From: a virus
Direction: 5' to 3' (one strand)
Virus record (IMG/VR): IMGVR_UViG_3300025674_000016
Coordinates: 64,001 to 128,000 of that record
DNA: 64,000 nucleotides
Below the pieces are notes generated by a model. That model was not told where the DNA came from, did not search any database, and was given only the letters and a program-made list of their open reading frames with translations. Of the stretch, positions 19,757 to 29,873 are shown one piece after another (within the stretch, counting starts at the first letter, position 1; each line of letters begins with the position of its first letter). The position numbers were made by a program, and so were the translations under genes.

Positions 19757-21322
19757 ATGCTAACAAAAAAAGAAATACTTAAAGAATGTATAAAAGCCGG
19801 TAAAGATCCGGCTTATTTTATTAACAACTACGTTAAAATATCTCACCCAATGGAAGGTCTAATCCCCTTCAAAACCTACGATTTTCAGAAGCAACTGCTT
19901 CACGATTTTAAAGATTATAGATTTAACGTTATCCTAAAGGCAAGGCAGTTGGGCATTTCAACAATAACTGCTGCATATGCCGCTTGGCTTCTTCTGTTTT
20001 ATCGAGAAAAAAACATTGTTGTTATGGCAACAAAGTTTGGCACAGCGGGTAACTTAGTTAAAAAAGTTAAATCAATAATCAAGAATCTGCCACCTTGGAT
20101 TAGAGTTGCAGATATAACAATCGATAACAGATCCAGCTTTAAGCTTTCAAACGAATCTGAAATCAAAGCTATTTCTACTTCTGGAGATGCTGGTCGTTCC
20201 GAAGCTCTTTCTTTGTTGATTATTGATGAGGCCGCTCACGTCGATGGAATGCAAGAACTTTGGACTGGCTTGTACCCAACACTATCAACTGGTGGTCGAT
20301 GCATTGCCCTATCTACTCCCAATGGTGTTGGAAACTGGTTTCATAAAACATATATTGATGCTGAATCTGGCGTCAATGATTTCTTTCCAACCAACCTACC
20401 TTGGGATGTTCACCCCGATAGAGACAAAGAATGGTTTGATAAAGAAACAAGAAACATGTCTCGCAGGCAAATTGCTCAAGAGCTTGAATGCAATTTCAAC
20501 ACAAGTGGAGAGACAGTATTCCATTCAGACGATATACAAAGAATAAATGAAACTGTATGCGATCCCAAGTATAGAACTGGTGTTGATAGAAATCTATGGA
20601 TCTGGGAAGAATACAAACCAACCAACACCTATATGATCTCAGCAGATGTTGCAAGGGGTGACGGGGCAGATTTTTCGGCTTTTCTTGTTTTCAAGTTGGA
20701 AACGATGGAAGTTGTGGCTGAGTATCATGGAAAGGTAACATTGGACTTTTTTAGCGACCTACTCAACAATACTGGCAGGGAATACGGCAACTGTCTAATG
20801 GTGGTGGAGAACAACTCAGTAGGCTTCTCAGCACTAGAAAAACTAAAAGAGAAGGGCTACCCAAATATTTACTATTCTATTAAATCAACACACGAGTATA
20901 TCGACTCAACACAGGCCCAGTACAACAGCAATGCTGTTGCTGGCTTCTCAACAACAAACAAAACACGCCCTCTTATAATAGCAAAGCTAGAAGAGTTCGT
21001 AAGAAATAAACTAGTTACTACATACTCTAGAAGAATGATGTCTGAAATGACAACGTTTATCTGGAAGAACGGAAGACCCCAAGCTCAGCGAAGCTATCAT
21101 GACGATTTAATTATGTCAATGGCTATCGGATGTTGGGTGCGGGATACCGCTTTGGTTGTGAATAAACAAGAAATTGAATATTCAAAGGCTAGTTTGTCGT
21201 CTGTTTTCAAAAAGTCAACGACTTTGAACACAAGTATCCCTGGCCAAAGAGGTTTTAAATCTGTCGAAAAAACTGATAGTATAAAGGAACAAAAGCAATT
21301 TCTTTGGCTTTATAAAGGATAA
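19757..21322 (+). CDS. terL: terminase large subunit (T4 gp17-like)
   Basis: KARQLGIS Walker A, IIDEAA Walker B, STPNG coupling motif, ADVARG and HDDLIM nuclease motifs. Confidence 0.95.
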   Translation: MLTKKEILKECIKAGKDPAYFINNYVKISHPMEGLIPFKTYDFQKQLLHDFKDYRFNVILKARQLGISTITAAYAAWLLLFYREKNIVVMATKFGTAGNLVKKVKSIIKNLPPWIRVADITIDNRSSFKLSNESEIKAISTSGDAGRSEALSLLIIDEAAHVDGMQELWTGLYPTLSTGGRCIALSTPNGVGNWFHKTYIDAESGVNDFFPTNLPWDVHPDRDKEWFDKETRNMSRRQIAQELECNFNTSGETVFHSDDIQRINETVCDPKYRTGVDRNLWIWEEYKPTNTYMISADVARGDGADFSAFLVFKLETMEVVAEYHGKVTLDFFSDLLNNTGREYGNCLMVVENNSVGFSALEKLKEKGYPNIYYSIKSTHEYIDSTQAQYNSNAVAGFSTTNKTRPLIIAKLEEFVRNKLVTTYSRRMMSEMTTFIWKNGRPQAQRSYHDDLIMSMAIGCWVRDTALVVNKQEIEYSKASLSSVFKKSTTLNTSIPGQRGFKSVEKTDSIKEQKQFLWLYKG

Positions 21323-21324
21323 CA

Positions 21325-23373
21325 ATGGCTAGACGAACTATAAGAGCAAGAAGAAACCAACACAACCCTAGAAACCCCACATCTGAACTTTTTAAAAGAC
21401 TGACAAGGCTGCTATCTGGGCCTATTGTTAGTTATCGCAATCAAGCAGAGCGTCAATTGTCTCGTCGCAAGATGGACAAATATAGGTTTAGATCTGCGAG
21501 TGGGCAACAATTTAAAAAAACAACACACAATCCACTGGATTATTTGCACTCTCACATCCTTGCAAACCAAGGCAGAAGCGAGCGGTACGCAGACTTTAAT
21601 CAGATGGAGTATACGCCTGAGATTGCCTCGGCTCTTGATATTTATGCAGACGAGATGTCAACAAGCTCGGATCTCAGACAACTTTTAAAGATTGAGTGTC
21701 CTAATGAAGAGATCAAAAGTATTCTTCACAGCCTCTATTACAATGTCCTGAATATCGAACACAACATGTTCGGATGGTGCAGGACAATGTGTAAGTTTGG
21801 GGACTTTATTCTTTATCTCGACATTGATGAAAATCACGGTGTCAAGAACGTTATTGGCCTTCCATCGCATGAAGTTGAGAGAATTGAGGGTGAAGATCCC
21901 ACAAACCCAAACTATATTCAATTTCAATGGAACTCAGGAGGTATGACTTTTGAAAATTGGCAGGTTGCACATTTCCGTATTCTTGGAAATGATAAGTTCG
22001 CTCCCTATGGAACTTCTGTCCTTGACCCTGCTCGTCGCATTTGGAGACAGTTGACTCTCCTTGAGGACGCAGTAATGGCTTATCGTATTGTTCGATCTCC
22101 TGAGAGGAGGGTTTTCTATATTGATGTAGGTGCAATTCCCCCCAATGAGATCGAGCAGTATATGCAAAAGATTGTAACTCAAATGAAGCGCAATCAGATT
22201 GTCGATACTGACACTGGTAGAGTTGACTTGAGATATAATCCTCTTTCAATTGAGGAAGACTATTATATTCCAGTTAGAGGCGGCAATTCTTCAAAGATCG
22301 AAACACTTGCAGGCGGCTCTTATACTGGCGATATTGATGATATTAAGTATCTGAGAGATAAATTATTGTCGGCCTTAAAAGTGCCTGGCCCCTATTTGAT
22401 GAACAATACTGAAGCCGCTGATGATAAAACAACCCTAGCACAAAAAGATATTAGATTTGCTAGAACAATCCAAAGGCTACAAAGATCTGTTATCTCTGAA
22501 TTGGAGAAGATCGGAATTATTCATCTTTATGTTATGGGGTACAGAACAAAAGATCTTATCTCTTTTAAGTTAAAGCTCAACAACCCATCACAGTTGGCAG
22601 AGATGCAAGAGCTAGAGCATTGGAAATTAAAGTTTGATATTGCTTCCTCCGCAACCGAAGGATACTTCAGCAGACAGTGGGTCGCAAAGAACATCTTTAA
22701 CTTGAGTGATGAAGAGTTTATTCGCAACCAGAGAGAAATGTATTACGACCGCAAGTTTGATGCTGACCTTGAGTCTGCTGCTTCTGCTGCAACCGAGGTA
22801 ACTCAACGAGAATATCAAGGCATGCAGGACTTTGCAGGCAAAGGCGACCAAGCAGGATTTGGTGAAGATAAAGGAGGTGATCTCGGCCTAGGAGATGAAG
22901 GCGGCGGTCTTGATTTAGGAGGTGATCTCGGCGGCGAAACACCAGCAGGAGAGGAAGGTGACACCAAAACACCAGCAGAAGGCGGAGATGAAGGCGGCTC
23001 TCCTCCGGGCGATGACCTTTTATTAGCCAAACCAAGCAAGCGAGATGATGATGTCAAAGTCAAGACAGACGCCTATGGCAAGGTGATAGCTAGAAAAGCA
23101 AAAAGATCAAAAGGCTGGTACAAGCCGGTTCATTACGATCAGAGAGAAAGTTCAGGCGCGAGATATAAAAATAAAAAATCAAAATATGCTGGCGATATGG
23201 GATTGACTTCCAAGACAATAACACCTGGCAGATACCAATTGGGCAGAATTTCTAAGGGCATAACTGAGGGCCAAGATACTAGTTATAGGGAAGAAGAATT
23301 GCTTTTTGAAGCTAGTAGTGAAATTAGAGATTTGATCTCACAGATGGAGAAGCGCGATGAAACTAAAACATAA
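21325..23373 (+). CDS. portal protein (T4 gp20-like) with long acidic Gly-rich C-terminal extension
   Basis: LLEDAVMAYRIVRSPERRVFYIDVG, EDYYIPVRGG, DIRFARTIQRLQ. Confidence 0.95.
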   Translation: MARRTIRARRNQHNPRNPTSELFKRLTRLLSGPIVSYRNQAERQLSRRKMDKYRFRSASGQQFKKTTHNPLDYLHSHILANQGRSERYADFNQMEYTPEIASALDIYADEMSTSSDLRQLLKIECPNEEIKSILHSLYYNVLNIEHNMFGWCRTMCKFGDFILYLDIDENHGVKNVIGLPSHEVERIEGEDPTNPNYIQFQWNSGGMTFENWQVAHFRILGNDKFAPYGTSVLDPARRIWRQLTLLEDAVMAYRIVRSPERRVFYIDVGAIPPNEIEQYMQKIVTQMKRNQIVDTDTGRVDLRYNPLSIEEDYYIPVRGGNSSKIETLAGGSYTGDIDDIKYLRDKLLSALKVPGPYLMNNTEAADDKTTLAQKDIRFARTIQRLQRSVISELEKIGIIHLYVMGYRTKDLISFKLKLNNPSQLAEMQELEHWKLKFDIASSATEGYFSRQWVAKNIFNLSDEEFIRNQREMYYDRKFDADLESAASAATEVTQREYQGMQDFAGKGDQAGFGEDKGGDLGLGDEGGGLDLGGDLGGETPAGEEGDTKTPAEGGDEGGSPPGDDLLLAKPSKRDDDVKVKTDAYGKVIARKAKRSKGWYKPVHYDQRESSGARYKNKKSKYAGDMGLTSKTITPGRYQLGRISKGITEGQDTSYREEELLFEASSEIRDLISQMEKRDETKT

Positions 23374-24172
23374 TAAAAAGAGGAATACAGCATTTTTATA
23401 TGAAGTTCTTGTTAGGCACCTAACAAAGAGTGTTATCAACAATGATCAAGAAAAGAAATCTGTTGTAACAAAAATTATAAAAGAACATTTCAATAAAAAC
23501 ACAATGCTCTATAAAGAACTTGAGATCTATCGCGCCATCACAGATCAAAAGAGCTTGGACTATCACCTTGCAGAGAAGTTGATCTTTGAAGCAAAGAGAA
23601 CATACGCCAAGTTAGACAAAGAGTCCATATTTAGAGAGCAAAGTAATTTGATTAAAAATATAAACAAGAATCTCTCTAAAGCTGCATATCAGGTATTTGT
23701 TCCAAACTATAAAGATCTAGCTTCAATCTATCAAATCTTGCAAGACCAATTGCCCCTTAAATCTAAAATGATTTTAGAAGAAGGGTTTGTTAGAAGCATA
23801 GCAACCAACAAGACTGAAAAAGCCGAGGGGATGAAACCGATAACAAATATTGTTTACAAGACTTTTGTAAAAAATTTCAATAAGCAGTATGGAGAGTCCT
23901 TGTTGCAGGAGCAGATCCTATTGCTTAACAAATATATTACGTCCTTTTCAGATGGCGGCGTTGATTTTAAGGTATACATGAATGAAGAAATAGCAAGACT
24001 TGAATCAATGGTTTCGCTTATGCTGGAAAGGCAAGACGTACAGCAAGATGATTCTATAAAGTACAAGATCGAAAGAATCTTAGAAACAATAAGAGGTTTC
24101 AATAATAAAGAAGTTGACAACTTGATGCTGGAGCAAGTGCTCAAAATTCAGAAGTTGGTTAAGGAATTTTAA
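23357..24172 (+). CDS. conserved head-module hypothetical protein
   Basis: 271 aa between portal and protease; ACTAGTTA at 23278-23285 upstream. Confidence 0.6.
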   Translation: MKLKHNKKRNTAFLYEVLVRHLTKSVINNDQEKKSVVTKIIKEHFNKNTMLYKELEIYRAITDQKSLDYHLAEKLIFEAKRTYAKLDKESIFREQSNLIKNINKNLSKAAYQVFVPNYKDLASIYQILQDQLPLKSKMILEEGFVRSIATNKTEKAEGMKPITNIVYKTFVKNFNKQYGESLLQEQILLLNKYITSFSDGGVDFKVYMNEEIARLESMVSLMLERQDVQQDDSIKYKIERILETIRGFNNKEVDNLMLEQVLKIQKLVKEF

Positions 24173-24174
24173 AA

Positions 24175-24825
24175 ATGGCAGTAACTGTAAAAGTTGGAAA
24201 CCAAGAAGAGATCGAGGCTGAAGGAGAAAACAAAGAAGGTGCCATCAAAATTAAAGTTGGCCCATCTGACGAACCGAAAGATATTGTAGTAAAGGTTCTC
24301 GGTGATAAAGAAGAAGGCCACAAGCCAGTATCAATCAAGTTAAATGTTAGAAAAAGCCTAGACGGTAATATCATTATTTCAGATCACCCTGATATCGATA
24401 TCGTCATTATGCCACCTCAATCAAAGATTGTTGCTTTTCCAAAGGAAAAGAGAACAGATAAAGTTTATGATGTGCAAGATAGATTTTTTAATTTTTTAAA
24501 TAAAAAAGGCATTGTAAACAAAAGCAAGATCCAGAGTGGCGCGGCATTTGGTTCAATGGAGGCAATGTACCCTGTTGTAGATCAAGAAAAGTTCAGTGCC
24601 GTGCAGGTGATTCTTTTGACTATTTCTAAGTTTATTGATGAAGAATCAGAATATTTCAATATCGATGATGAATTCGAAAAAGAATTTGAAGACTCGCTTA
24701 CGGACCCCGATGAAGAAGAGTCAACAGAACTGGGCGAAGTACCCCACGCAGACCAAAAAGGATCAATTAGACCAGGCTATATTTATAGCCCTTACGGCAT
24801 CTCTTCAATCTACAGATACGAATAA
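24175..24825 (+). CDS. hypothetical protein
   Basis: 216 aa with acidic C-terminus. Confidence 0.6.
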   Translation: MAVTVKVGNQEEIEAEGENKEGAIKIKVGPSDEPKDIVVKVLGDKEEGHKPVSIKLNVRKSLDGNIIISDHPDIDIVIMPPQSKIVAFPKEKRTDKVYDVQDRFFNFLNKKGIVNKSKIQSGAAFGSMEAMYPVVDQEKFSAVQVILLTISKFIDEESEYFNIDDEFEKEFEDSLTDPDEEESTELGEVPHADQKGSIRPGYIYSPYGISSIYRYE

Positions 24826-24836
24826 CGGAGGATAAG

Positions 24837-25142
24837 TTGGATTTAATTTATTTTGTCTTAACGGCATATGGACTAACAAGCATTCTTGTTTACGGAAAGA
24901 TATTTAACTCGATCAGACCACCAAGACAATACTTCAACGGATTTTTTCACTGCCCTCAGTGCGTTGGATTTCATGTTGGGTGGTTTTTGTTTTTAATTAA
25001 CGGTGGAACAGAACTATTTAGCTTTGAATATAACTTAGTTAATTTTTTTGTTTTAGCATGGTTATCGTCTGGGACATCTTATTTGCTGAGTATGTTCGTT
25101 GCAGATTTCGGACTTAGACTAGAGGTAAAGAACAATGAATAA
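24837..25142 (+). CDS. small membrane protein (DUF1360-like, CxxC)
   Basis: Three hydrophobic segments; HCPQCVGFHVG. Confidence 0.55.
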   Translation: MDLIYFVLTAYGLTSILVYGKIFNSIRPPRQYFNGFFHCPQCVGFHVGWFLFLINGGTELFSFEYNLVNFFVLAWLSSGTSYLLSMFVADFGLRLEVKNNE

Positions 25143-25203
25143 CAGATGGAAGCTACAGCCAGTTCGTCGTTGTCGTAATGGCTGCATAATCGCGCTGGGG
25201 TGA
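25135..25203 (+). CDS. 22-aa peptide MNNRWKLQPVRRCRNGCIIALG
   Basis: GAGGT RBS; overlaps the upstream stop; fills the gap before the protease. Confidence 0.35.
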   Translation: MNNRWKLQPVRRCRNGCIIALG

Positions 25204-25226
25204 GCCCAGCCAATCGGAGAATTAAA

Positions 25227-25832
25227 ATGTCAGATATAAACAAATATTTAATTCGAGAGTTCTATGAACTTTGCGATGGTGGTAAATGCGAAGACTTTTT
25301 AACGGAGTCTGAAAAAAGAAGAGTCAGGGAGGGAAAGGTTACTATTCTTTCTGGGAAACTTCAAGAGGCGGAGTGTCTTAACGGCAACAAGCGTATTTAC
25401 CCCATGAACATATTAAAGCGAGAAGTTGAAAACTATCGTAAATTTGTCGAACAACGCAGGGCAATGGGCGAGCTAGATCACCCCGATTCAAGCGTTGTCA
25501 ACCTTCAAAATGTTTCACACATTGTTACAGATATCTGGTGGGACGGAAAGAAAGTAATGGGCAAGATTGAAGTCCTGAACACACCAAGCGGCAATATCCT
25601 TAAGAATCTTGTTGAGGCTGGTATCAAGATGGGCATCTCCTCTAGAGCACTCGGCAGCGTTACCCAGAGAAATGGCAAGACATATGTTGAGGATGATCTA
25701 CAACTAATTTGTTTCGATATGGTCAGCGAACCTTCGACACCAGATGCCTTTATGTTAAAAGAACATAGAATGAGAAATTCTAATTACGAACCCACAAACA
25801 TTCACAACTTATTGGACAGCATACTTAAATGA
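25227..25832 (+). CDS. prohead core protease (T4 gp21-like)
   Basis: NGNKRIYP, GELDHP, GISSRALGS, FDMVSEPS. Confidence 0.93.
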   Translation: MSDINKYLIREFYELCDGGKCEDFLTESEKRRVREGKVTILSGKLQEAECLNGNKRIYPMNILKREVENYRKFVEQRRAMGELDHPDSSVVNLQNVSHIVTDIWWDGKKVMGKIEVLNTPSGNILKNLVEAGIKMGISSRALGSVTQRNGKTYVEDDLQLICFDMVSEPSTPDAFMLKEHRMRNSNYEPTNIHNLLDSILK

Positions 25833-26245
25833 AACGAAATGAATTAAAAAAAGTTTTAAAACCTCTTATTAAAGAGTGCATTAAAGAGGTTATTTTTGAA
25901 GAGGGAGTTTTATCTGGCTTGATATCAGAAGTTCTAAAAGGAACGTCCAGCGCACAACTGGTTAGTGAAGCCCCGCAAAAGAAAGTTCAAAAACCAAGGG
26001 CAAAGTCAATAGAAAAGCGGCCAGCCAGACAAGATAAGTTAAATGAAATGAGAAGATCACTCACCGAAGCTATCGGCAAAGATGCTTACGGTGGCGTGGA
26101 TATCTTCGAAGGCGTTCAGCCTATTTCAAAAGCAGGTACACCAGGACCAGCGGCACCATCAAGTCCGCTGCAAGCCTACGCACCAAACGATGCGGGTGTT
26201 GATATCAGTGCGATATTCAACCCAAATTGGAAAAATTTAGTATAA
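25829..26245 (+). CDS. hypothetical protein, leader-like N-terminus
   Basis: MKRNELKKVLKPLIKECIKE..; LNE site. Confidence 0.6.
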   Translation: MKRNELKKVLKPLIKECIKEVIFEEGVLSGLISEVLKGTSSAQLVSEAPQKKVQKPRAKSIEKRPARQDKLNEMRRSLTEAIGKDAYGGVDIFEGVQPISKAGTPGPAAPSSPLQAYAPNDAGVDISAIFNPNWKNLV

Positions 26246-26254
26246 GGAAAAGAG

Positions 26255-26518
26255 ATGTCAAGAGTAAACGCCGAGGTAAAGGTAAGAAGAGGAGAATCTG
26301 TCGAGAAAGCAATGCGAAAGCTCAAAAAGATCTTAAAGAAAACAGGTTTTCTTGATGAGCTAAGAGAGCGCCGATATTACGAAAAACCTTCTGTTACAAG
26401 AAGAAAAAATAAAGCAAAGCGCCAGAGGCTTATAGATAAACAAAACAAGCTTAGAAAACTTGAGGAAGAAAGATTATATAAGCCGAAGAAAAGGCGAAAC
26501 AAGAGGAGAGATAAATAA
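26255..26518 (+). CDS. rpsU: phage-encoded 30S ribosomal protein bS21
   Basis: VKVRRGESVEKAMRKLKK...ELRERRYYEKPS signature. Confidence 0.9.
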   Translation: MSRVNAEVKVRRGESVEKAMRKLKKILKKTGFLDELRERRYYEKPSVTRRKNKAKRQRLIDKQNKLRKLEEERLYKPKKRRNKRRDK

Positions 26519-26937
26519 TGTCAACTTTTAATTATAAAGCGGGGATGTCTAGCGTTGGGCAGTATCAGATGAGTGCAATTCCATATGCTACTGCTTCTGT
26601 TAATGTTCCAGCCCTAGGAAATGACCCAGTGAGAATTGACTTTCCTAGAGTATCAAAATTTGTGACAATCAGGAATGTTATATCAACAGACGATGCTGAT
26701 GCAACTCTTAGAGTTGGCTTCTCCTCTATTGGCACCTCTGGATCTGTCTCAGGCCAAGACAACTATTTTACTCTTGCAAATGGTGAAAGCTATACTGGAG
26801 AGTGGAGAGTGAAAAGTGTTTACCTGCTGAGCGACTCGGCTTCCGAATCGTCTGCTTCAATTATTGCTGGTCTAACAACCGTGTCTACTAGCTCTATTGG
26901 TTTTGACAATTGGTCCGGCTCTCTGGGCGTCGGCTAA
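26518..26937 (+). CDS. putative head decoration/structural protein
   Basis: Beta-rich 139 aa protein in the head module. Confidence 0.45.
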   Translation: MSTFNYKAGMSSVGQYQMSAIPYATASVNVPALGNDPVRIDFPRVSKFVTIRNVISTDDADATLRVGFSSIGTSGSVSGQDNYFTLANGESYTGEWRVKSVYLLSDSASESSASIIAGLTTVSTSSIGFDNWSGSLGVG

Positions 26938-26964
26938 TAAAATTCGCTTTTCAGATTTAAAATC

Positions 26965-26972
26965 ACTATTTA
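26965..26972 (+). promoter_or_regulatory. putative late promoter motif ACTATTTA
   Basis: Intergenic, before scaffold and capsid genes. Confidence 0.65.
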
Positions 26973-27006
26973 GTTTGACTATCTTGTTGCAACAGGAGAG
27001 ATACAG

Positions 27007-28011
27007 ATGAGTTCAATGCTAGAACAGGCTATTGTTGATGCTGCCGCACTTAAAGAAGCAGCATTGAAAAATGCCGAACAACAAGTTTTAGAAAGATATT
27101 CCAAAGATATAAAAGAAGCAGTGAATGCTTTATTGGAGCAGGACGAGCTGGAAGACGCGCCGCCCATGATGATGGAGCCAGAGCCCGTTATGGACGAAAT
27201 CCCCCCTGCTCCTGCCGCAGGCGAGAAGCTTTGTCCTTGCCCCGATGACGAAGAAGTTGTTGAATTAGATTTAGATAATCTAATGATGCAGGTCGATGAT
27301 GAAGAGCCAGATCCAGAAGATGCAATGGATCGAGAAGGTGTAGCTCAAGAGTTGGGCGATCAAGATGATCTTCTTGGTGGGGACTTAGGTGGCTTAGAAA
27401 CAGGCGACGAGGAAGAAGAAGGTCTTCAACTTGAAGAGAACATTGATATTGATGAATCAGATTTAATTGATCTTGTTGAGGAGCTTGTTTTCGATCACAT
27501 GTCGCAGCCTAGCGGAAACCCAACGGGCCTGCCTGTTGAGGATCTTCATAGAGAACAAGAGCTTGAGGAGCTAGCAAAGCAGATTCAACAAGCAAATGAA
27601 AAAAAGAAAGATCTTCAAGAATCACTTAAGGATTCAAGATCGGAGAACAATAAACTTAGAAGAACAGTTTTAAAACTAAAAGAAAAACTAGACGAAGCAT
27701 TGGTTTCCAATGCAAGACTAATTTATACAAACCGTGTGCTGGGGAACGACTCCCTGAATGAGCGACAAAAAGATAAAATTGTCGAAAAGATCTCCGAAGC
27801 ACGAACAATTGAAGAAGCCAAAATGATCCATGAGGCACTTCAAAGTGCAGTGGCGGGCACTTCCAAAAAGGAAGGTCCAAAATCACTGAACGAAGCAGTT
27901 TCACGTCAATCAACACAGGTTTTTTCACGTCGTCAACGATCCGAGACCAATCAGGTCAACGATCAATTTTTTAAGAAGATGCAGCGTTTAGCTGGCATCA
28001 AAAAGAATTAA
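27007..28011 (+). CDS. prohead core scaffold protein (gp22-like)
   Basis: Very acidic, coiled coil, many LxE sites, ends MQRLAGI; directly upstream of the capsid gene. Confidence 0.8.
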   Translation: MSSMLEQAIVDAAALKEAALKNAEQQVLERYSKDIKEAVNALLEQDELEDAPPMMMEPEPVMDEIPPAPAAGEKLCPCPDDEEVVELDLDNLMMQVDDEEPDPEDAMDREGVAQELGDQDDLLGGDLGGLETGDEEEEGLQLEENIDIDESDLIDLVEELVFDHMSQPSGNPTGLPVEDLHREQELEELAKQIQQANEKKKDLQESLKDSRSENNKLRRTVLKLKEKLDEALVSNARLIYTNRVLGNDSLNERQKDKIVEKISEARTIEEAKMIHEALQSAVAGTSKKEGPKSLNEAVSRQSTQVFSRRQRSETNQVNDQFFKKMQRLAGIKKN

Positions 28012-28027
28012 GGAGATTAAAAAAACA

Positions 28028-29767
28028 ATGAGCGTTTTACAAAAGTTAACCGAAGGCATTGTTAATCGTAACATCCAGAAAGAGGGCGAAGCTCTTCTCC
28101 AGAAGTGGGAGCAGACTGGTCTTCTTGAGGGTATGGATAACGAAAATGCCCGTTCAAACATGGCTGTTCTCTTGGAGAACCAGGCCAAAGAGCTTCTCCG
28201 AGAGGCTTCTTCTATGGCGGCTGGTGATGTCGAAGGCTTTGCCAGCGTGGCATTCCCCATCGTCCGCCGAGTCTTTGGTGGTCTTATCGCCAACCAATTG
28301 GTCTCAGTCCAACCTATGAGCTTGCCTGCTGGCTTGATTTTCTTCCTTGACTTTACTTATACCGATAGCCGCGCTGGTCAAACTGCCGGTGAGTCGGTAT
28401 ATGGTGGTAATGTTGTTGGTAAGGGTCTTGTCGATGGTGTGGACCTGTCTCCGACTGGAGATACGCAAGCGGGTGGTTTTTATGACCTTAGCACTGGCTA
28501 TAGTTCTCCAACTGGCTCTGTTTCTGTTACCACAGCAGCACCAGACGGCTCTACTGGTGATTTGCCAACTGTGCTAACTGATGTTGCAGTTAGTGCTCTA
28601 TCGGAAGCACAAAAAAAGGCCCTCCAGTACGACCCGGATATCCTAGCAGATGCAAGCTTGAAAGTCACAGTTCACAAGTCGCCTAACGCTGCTACTTCCG
28701 ATTTCCCAAACTTGAATCTAAATGCCCTGACTGCAATTGAGGCATCTGGTATTGATGGTGTTCTAGTGCGAAGGCTAACTAGAATTGATAAAAACGATAG
28801 CAACAAATTAGTTTTTGTAGTTATTAGGGACGCTGCGACACCAGAGGCGCACGGAGCTATCACCTTTAACTATCCGATGACAGACAAGTATGAAGCTAGT
28901 ACCGCCATTGGTTCTGTTGTTGGTAACGTTCCATTTGGCCTTGAGGGTGCAGATGATGTGTCTGGCGGTGATTTTGACGGTTCAACCCGCGATAGAATCC
29001 CAGAGATTGATATCAAGGTCGATTCTGTCAGCGTGACCGCTGTCACCAAGAAGTTGAAGGCCAAGTGGACCCCTGAGTTGTCTCAGGATCTTAATGCTTT
29101 CCACAACATGGACGCAGAAGTAGAGCTTACATCGATCCTTTCCGAGCAGATTGCTCTTGAAATCGATCAGGAAATCTTGAATGATCTTGTTAAGGATGCT
29201 ACTGCTGGCACATACTATTGGAGCCGTCGCCCCGGTCGCTTTGTTGATCGCGGCACTGGCGATGATATCAGCGGCCTTTCTAACGAATCTCTCTTGGGTG
29301 CAGATTTCACTGGCACAGTCAGTGAATGGTACGAGACCCTTATTGAGACAATCAACGATGTCTCTGCGCAGATCCACCGCAAGACTCTGCGCGGCGGAGC
29401 TAACTTCTTGGTCTGTGGTCCTGAGACCGCAAATGTCCTAGAGTTCACCGCTGGTTTCCGCGCTAGCGTTACCCACGATGCAGATACTGGCCAAGCCGGT
29501 ACTGTTAAGATCGGTGCGATCTCCAAGAAGTTCGACGTTTACGTCGATCCTTACTTCCCAAGAAACGTGGTTCTAGTTGGCCGCAAGGGCTCCAGCTTCC
29601 TTGAAAGTGGCTACGTCTACGCACCTTATGTGCCTCTACAGGTCACGCCGACTATCTTCGGTGTTGAGGACTTTGTGCCTCGTAAGGGCGTTATGACGCG
29701 CTACGCCAAGAAGATGGTGAGGCCCGACATGTACGGCTTGGTTGTTATCAAGGACTTCCTTGGCTGA
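28028..29767 (+). CDS. major capsid protein (T4 gp23-like)
   Basis: VQPMSLPAGLIF, KLKAKWTPELSQDL, EIDQEIL, YAPYVPL, PRKGVMTRYA. Confidence 0.97.
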   Translation: MSVLQKLTEGIVNRNIQKEGEALLQKWEQTGLLEGMDNENARSNMAVLLENQAKELLREASSMAAGDVEGFASVAFPIVRRVFGGLIANQLVSVQPMSLPAGLIFFLDFTYTDSRAGQTAGESVYGGNVVGKGLVDGVDLSPTGDTQAGGFYDLSTGYSSPTGSVSVTTAAPDGSTGDLPTVLTDVAVSALSEAQKKALQYDPDILADASLKVTVHKSPNAATSDFPNLNLNALTAIEASGIDGVLVRRLTRIDKNDSNKLVFVVIRDAATPEAHGAITFNYPMTDKYEASTAIGSVVGNVPFGLEGADDVSGGDFDGSTRDRIPEIDIKVDSVSVTAVTKKLKAKWTPELSQDLNAFHNMDAEVELTSILSEQIALEIDQEILNDLVKDATAGTYYWSRRPGRFVDRGTGDDISGLSNESLLGADFTGTVSEWYETLIETINDVSAQIHRKTLRGGANFLVCGPETANVLEFTAGFRASVTHDADTGQAGTVKIGAISKKFDVYVDPYFPRNVVLVGRKGSSFLESGYVYAPYVPLQVTPTIFGVEDFVPRKGVMTRYAKKMVRPDMYGLVVIKDFLG

Positions 29768-29797
29768 TAACTGATTCCGAACTAGTCTAGGCTAGCA

Positions 29798-29838
29798 AAA
29801 AGCCCCTGCTTCCATGTGAGGTAGGGGCTTTTCCTTTT
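29798..29838 (+). terminator. intrinsic terminator after the capsid gene
   Basis: AAAAGCCCCT...AGGGGCTTTT stem followed by a T-rich tail. Confidence 0.85.
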
Positions 29839-29842
29839 GAAA

Positions 29843-29851
29843 AACTATTTA
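29843..29851 (+). promoter_or_regulatory. putative late promoter motif AACTATTTA
   Basis: Immediately after the terminator and 22 nt before the neck-gene ATG. Confidence 0.7.
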
Positions 29852-29873
29852 CACTACTAGGAGGGCTTTATGA

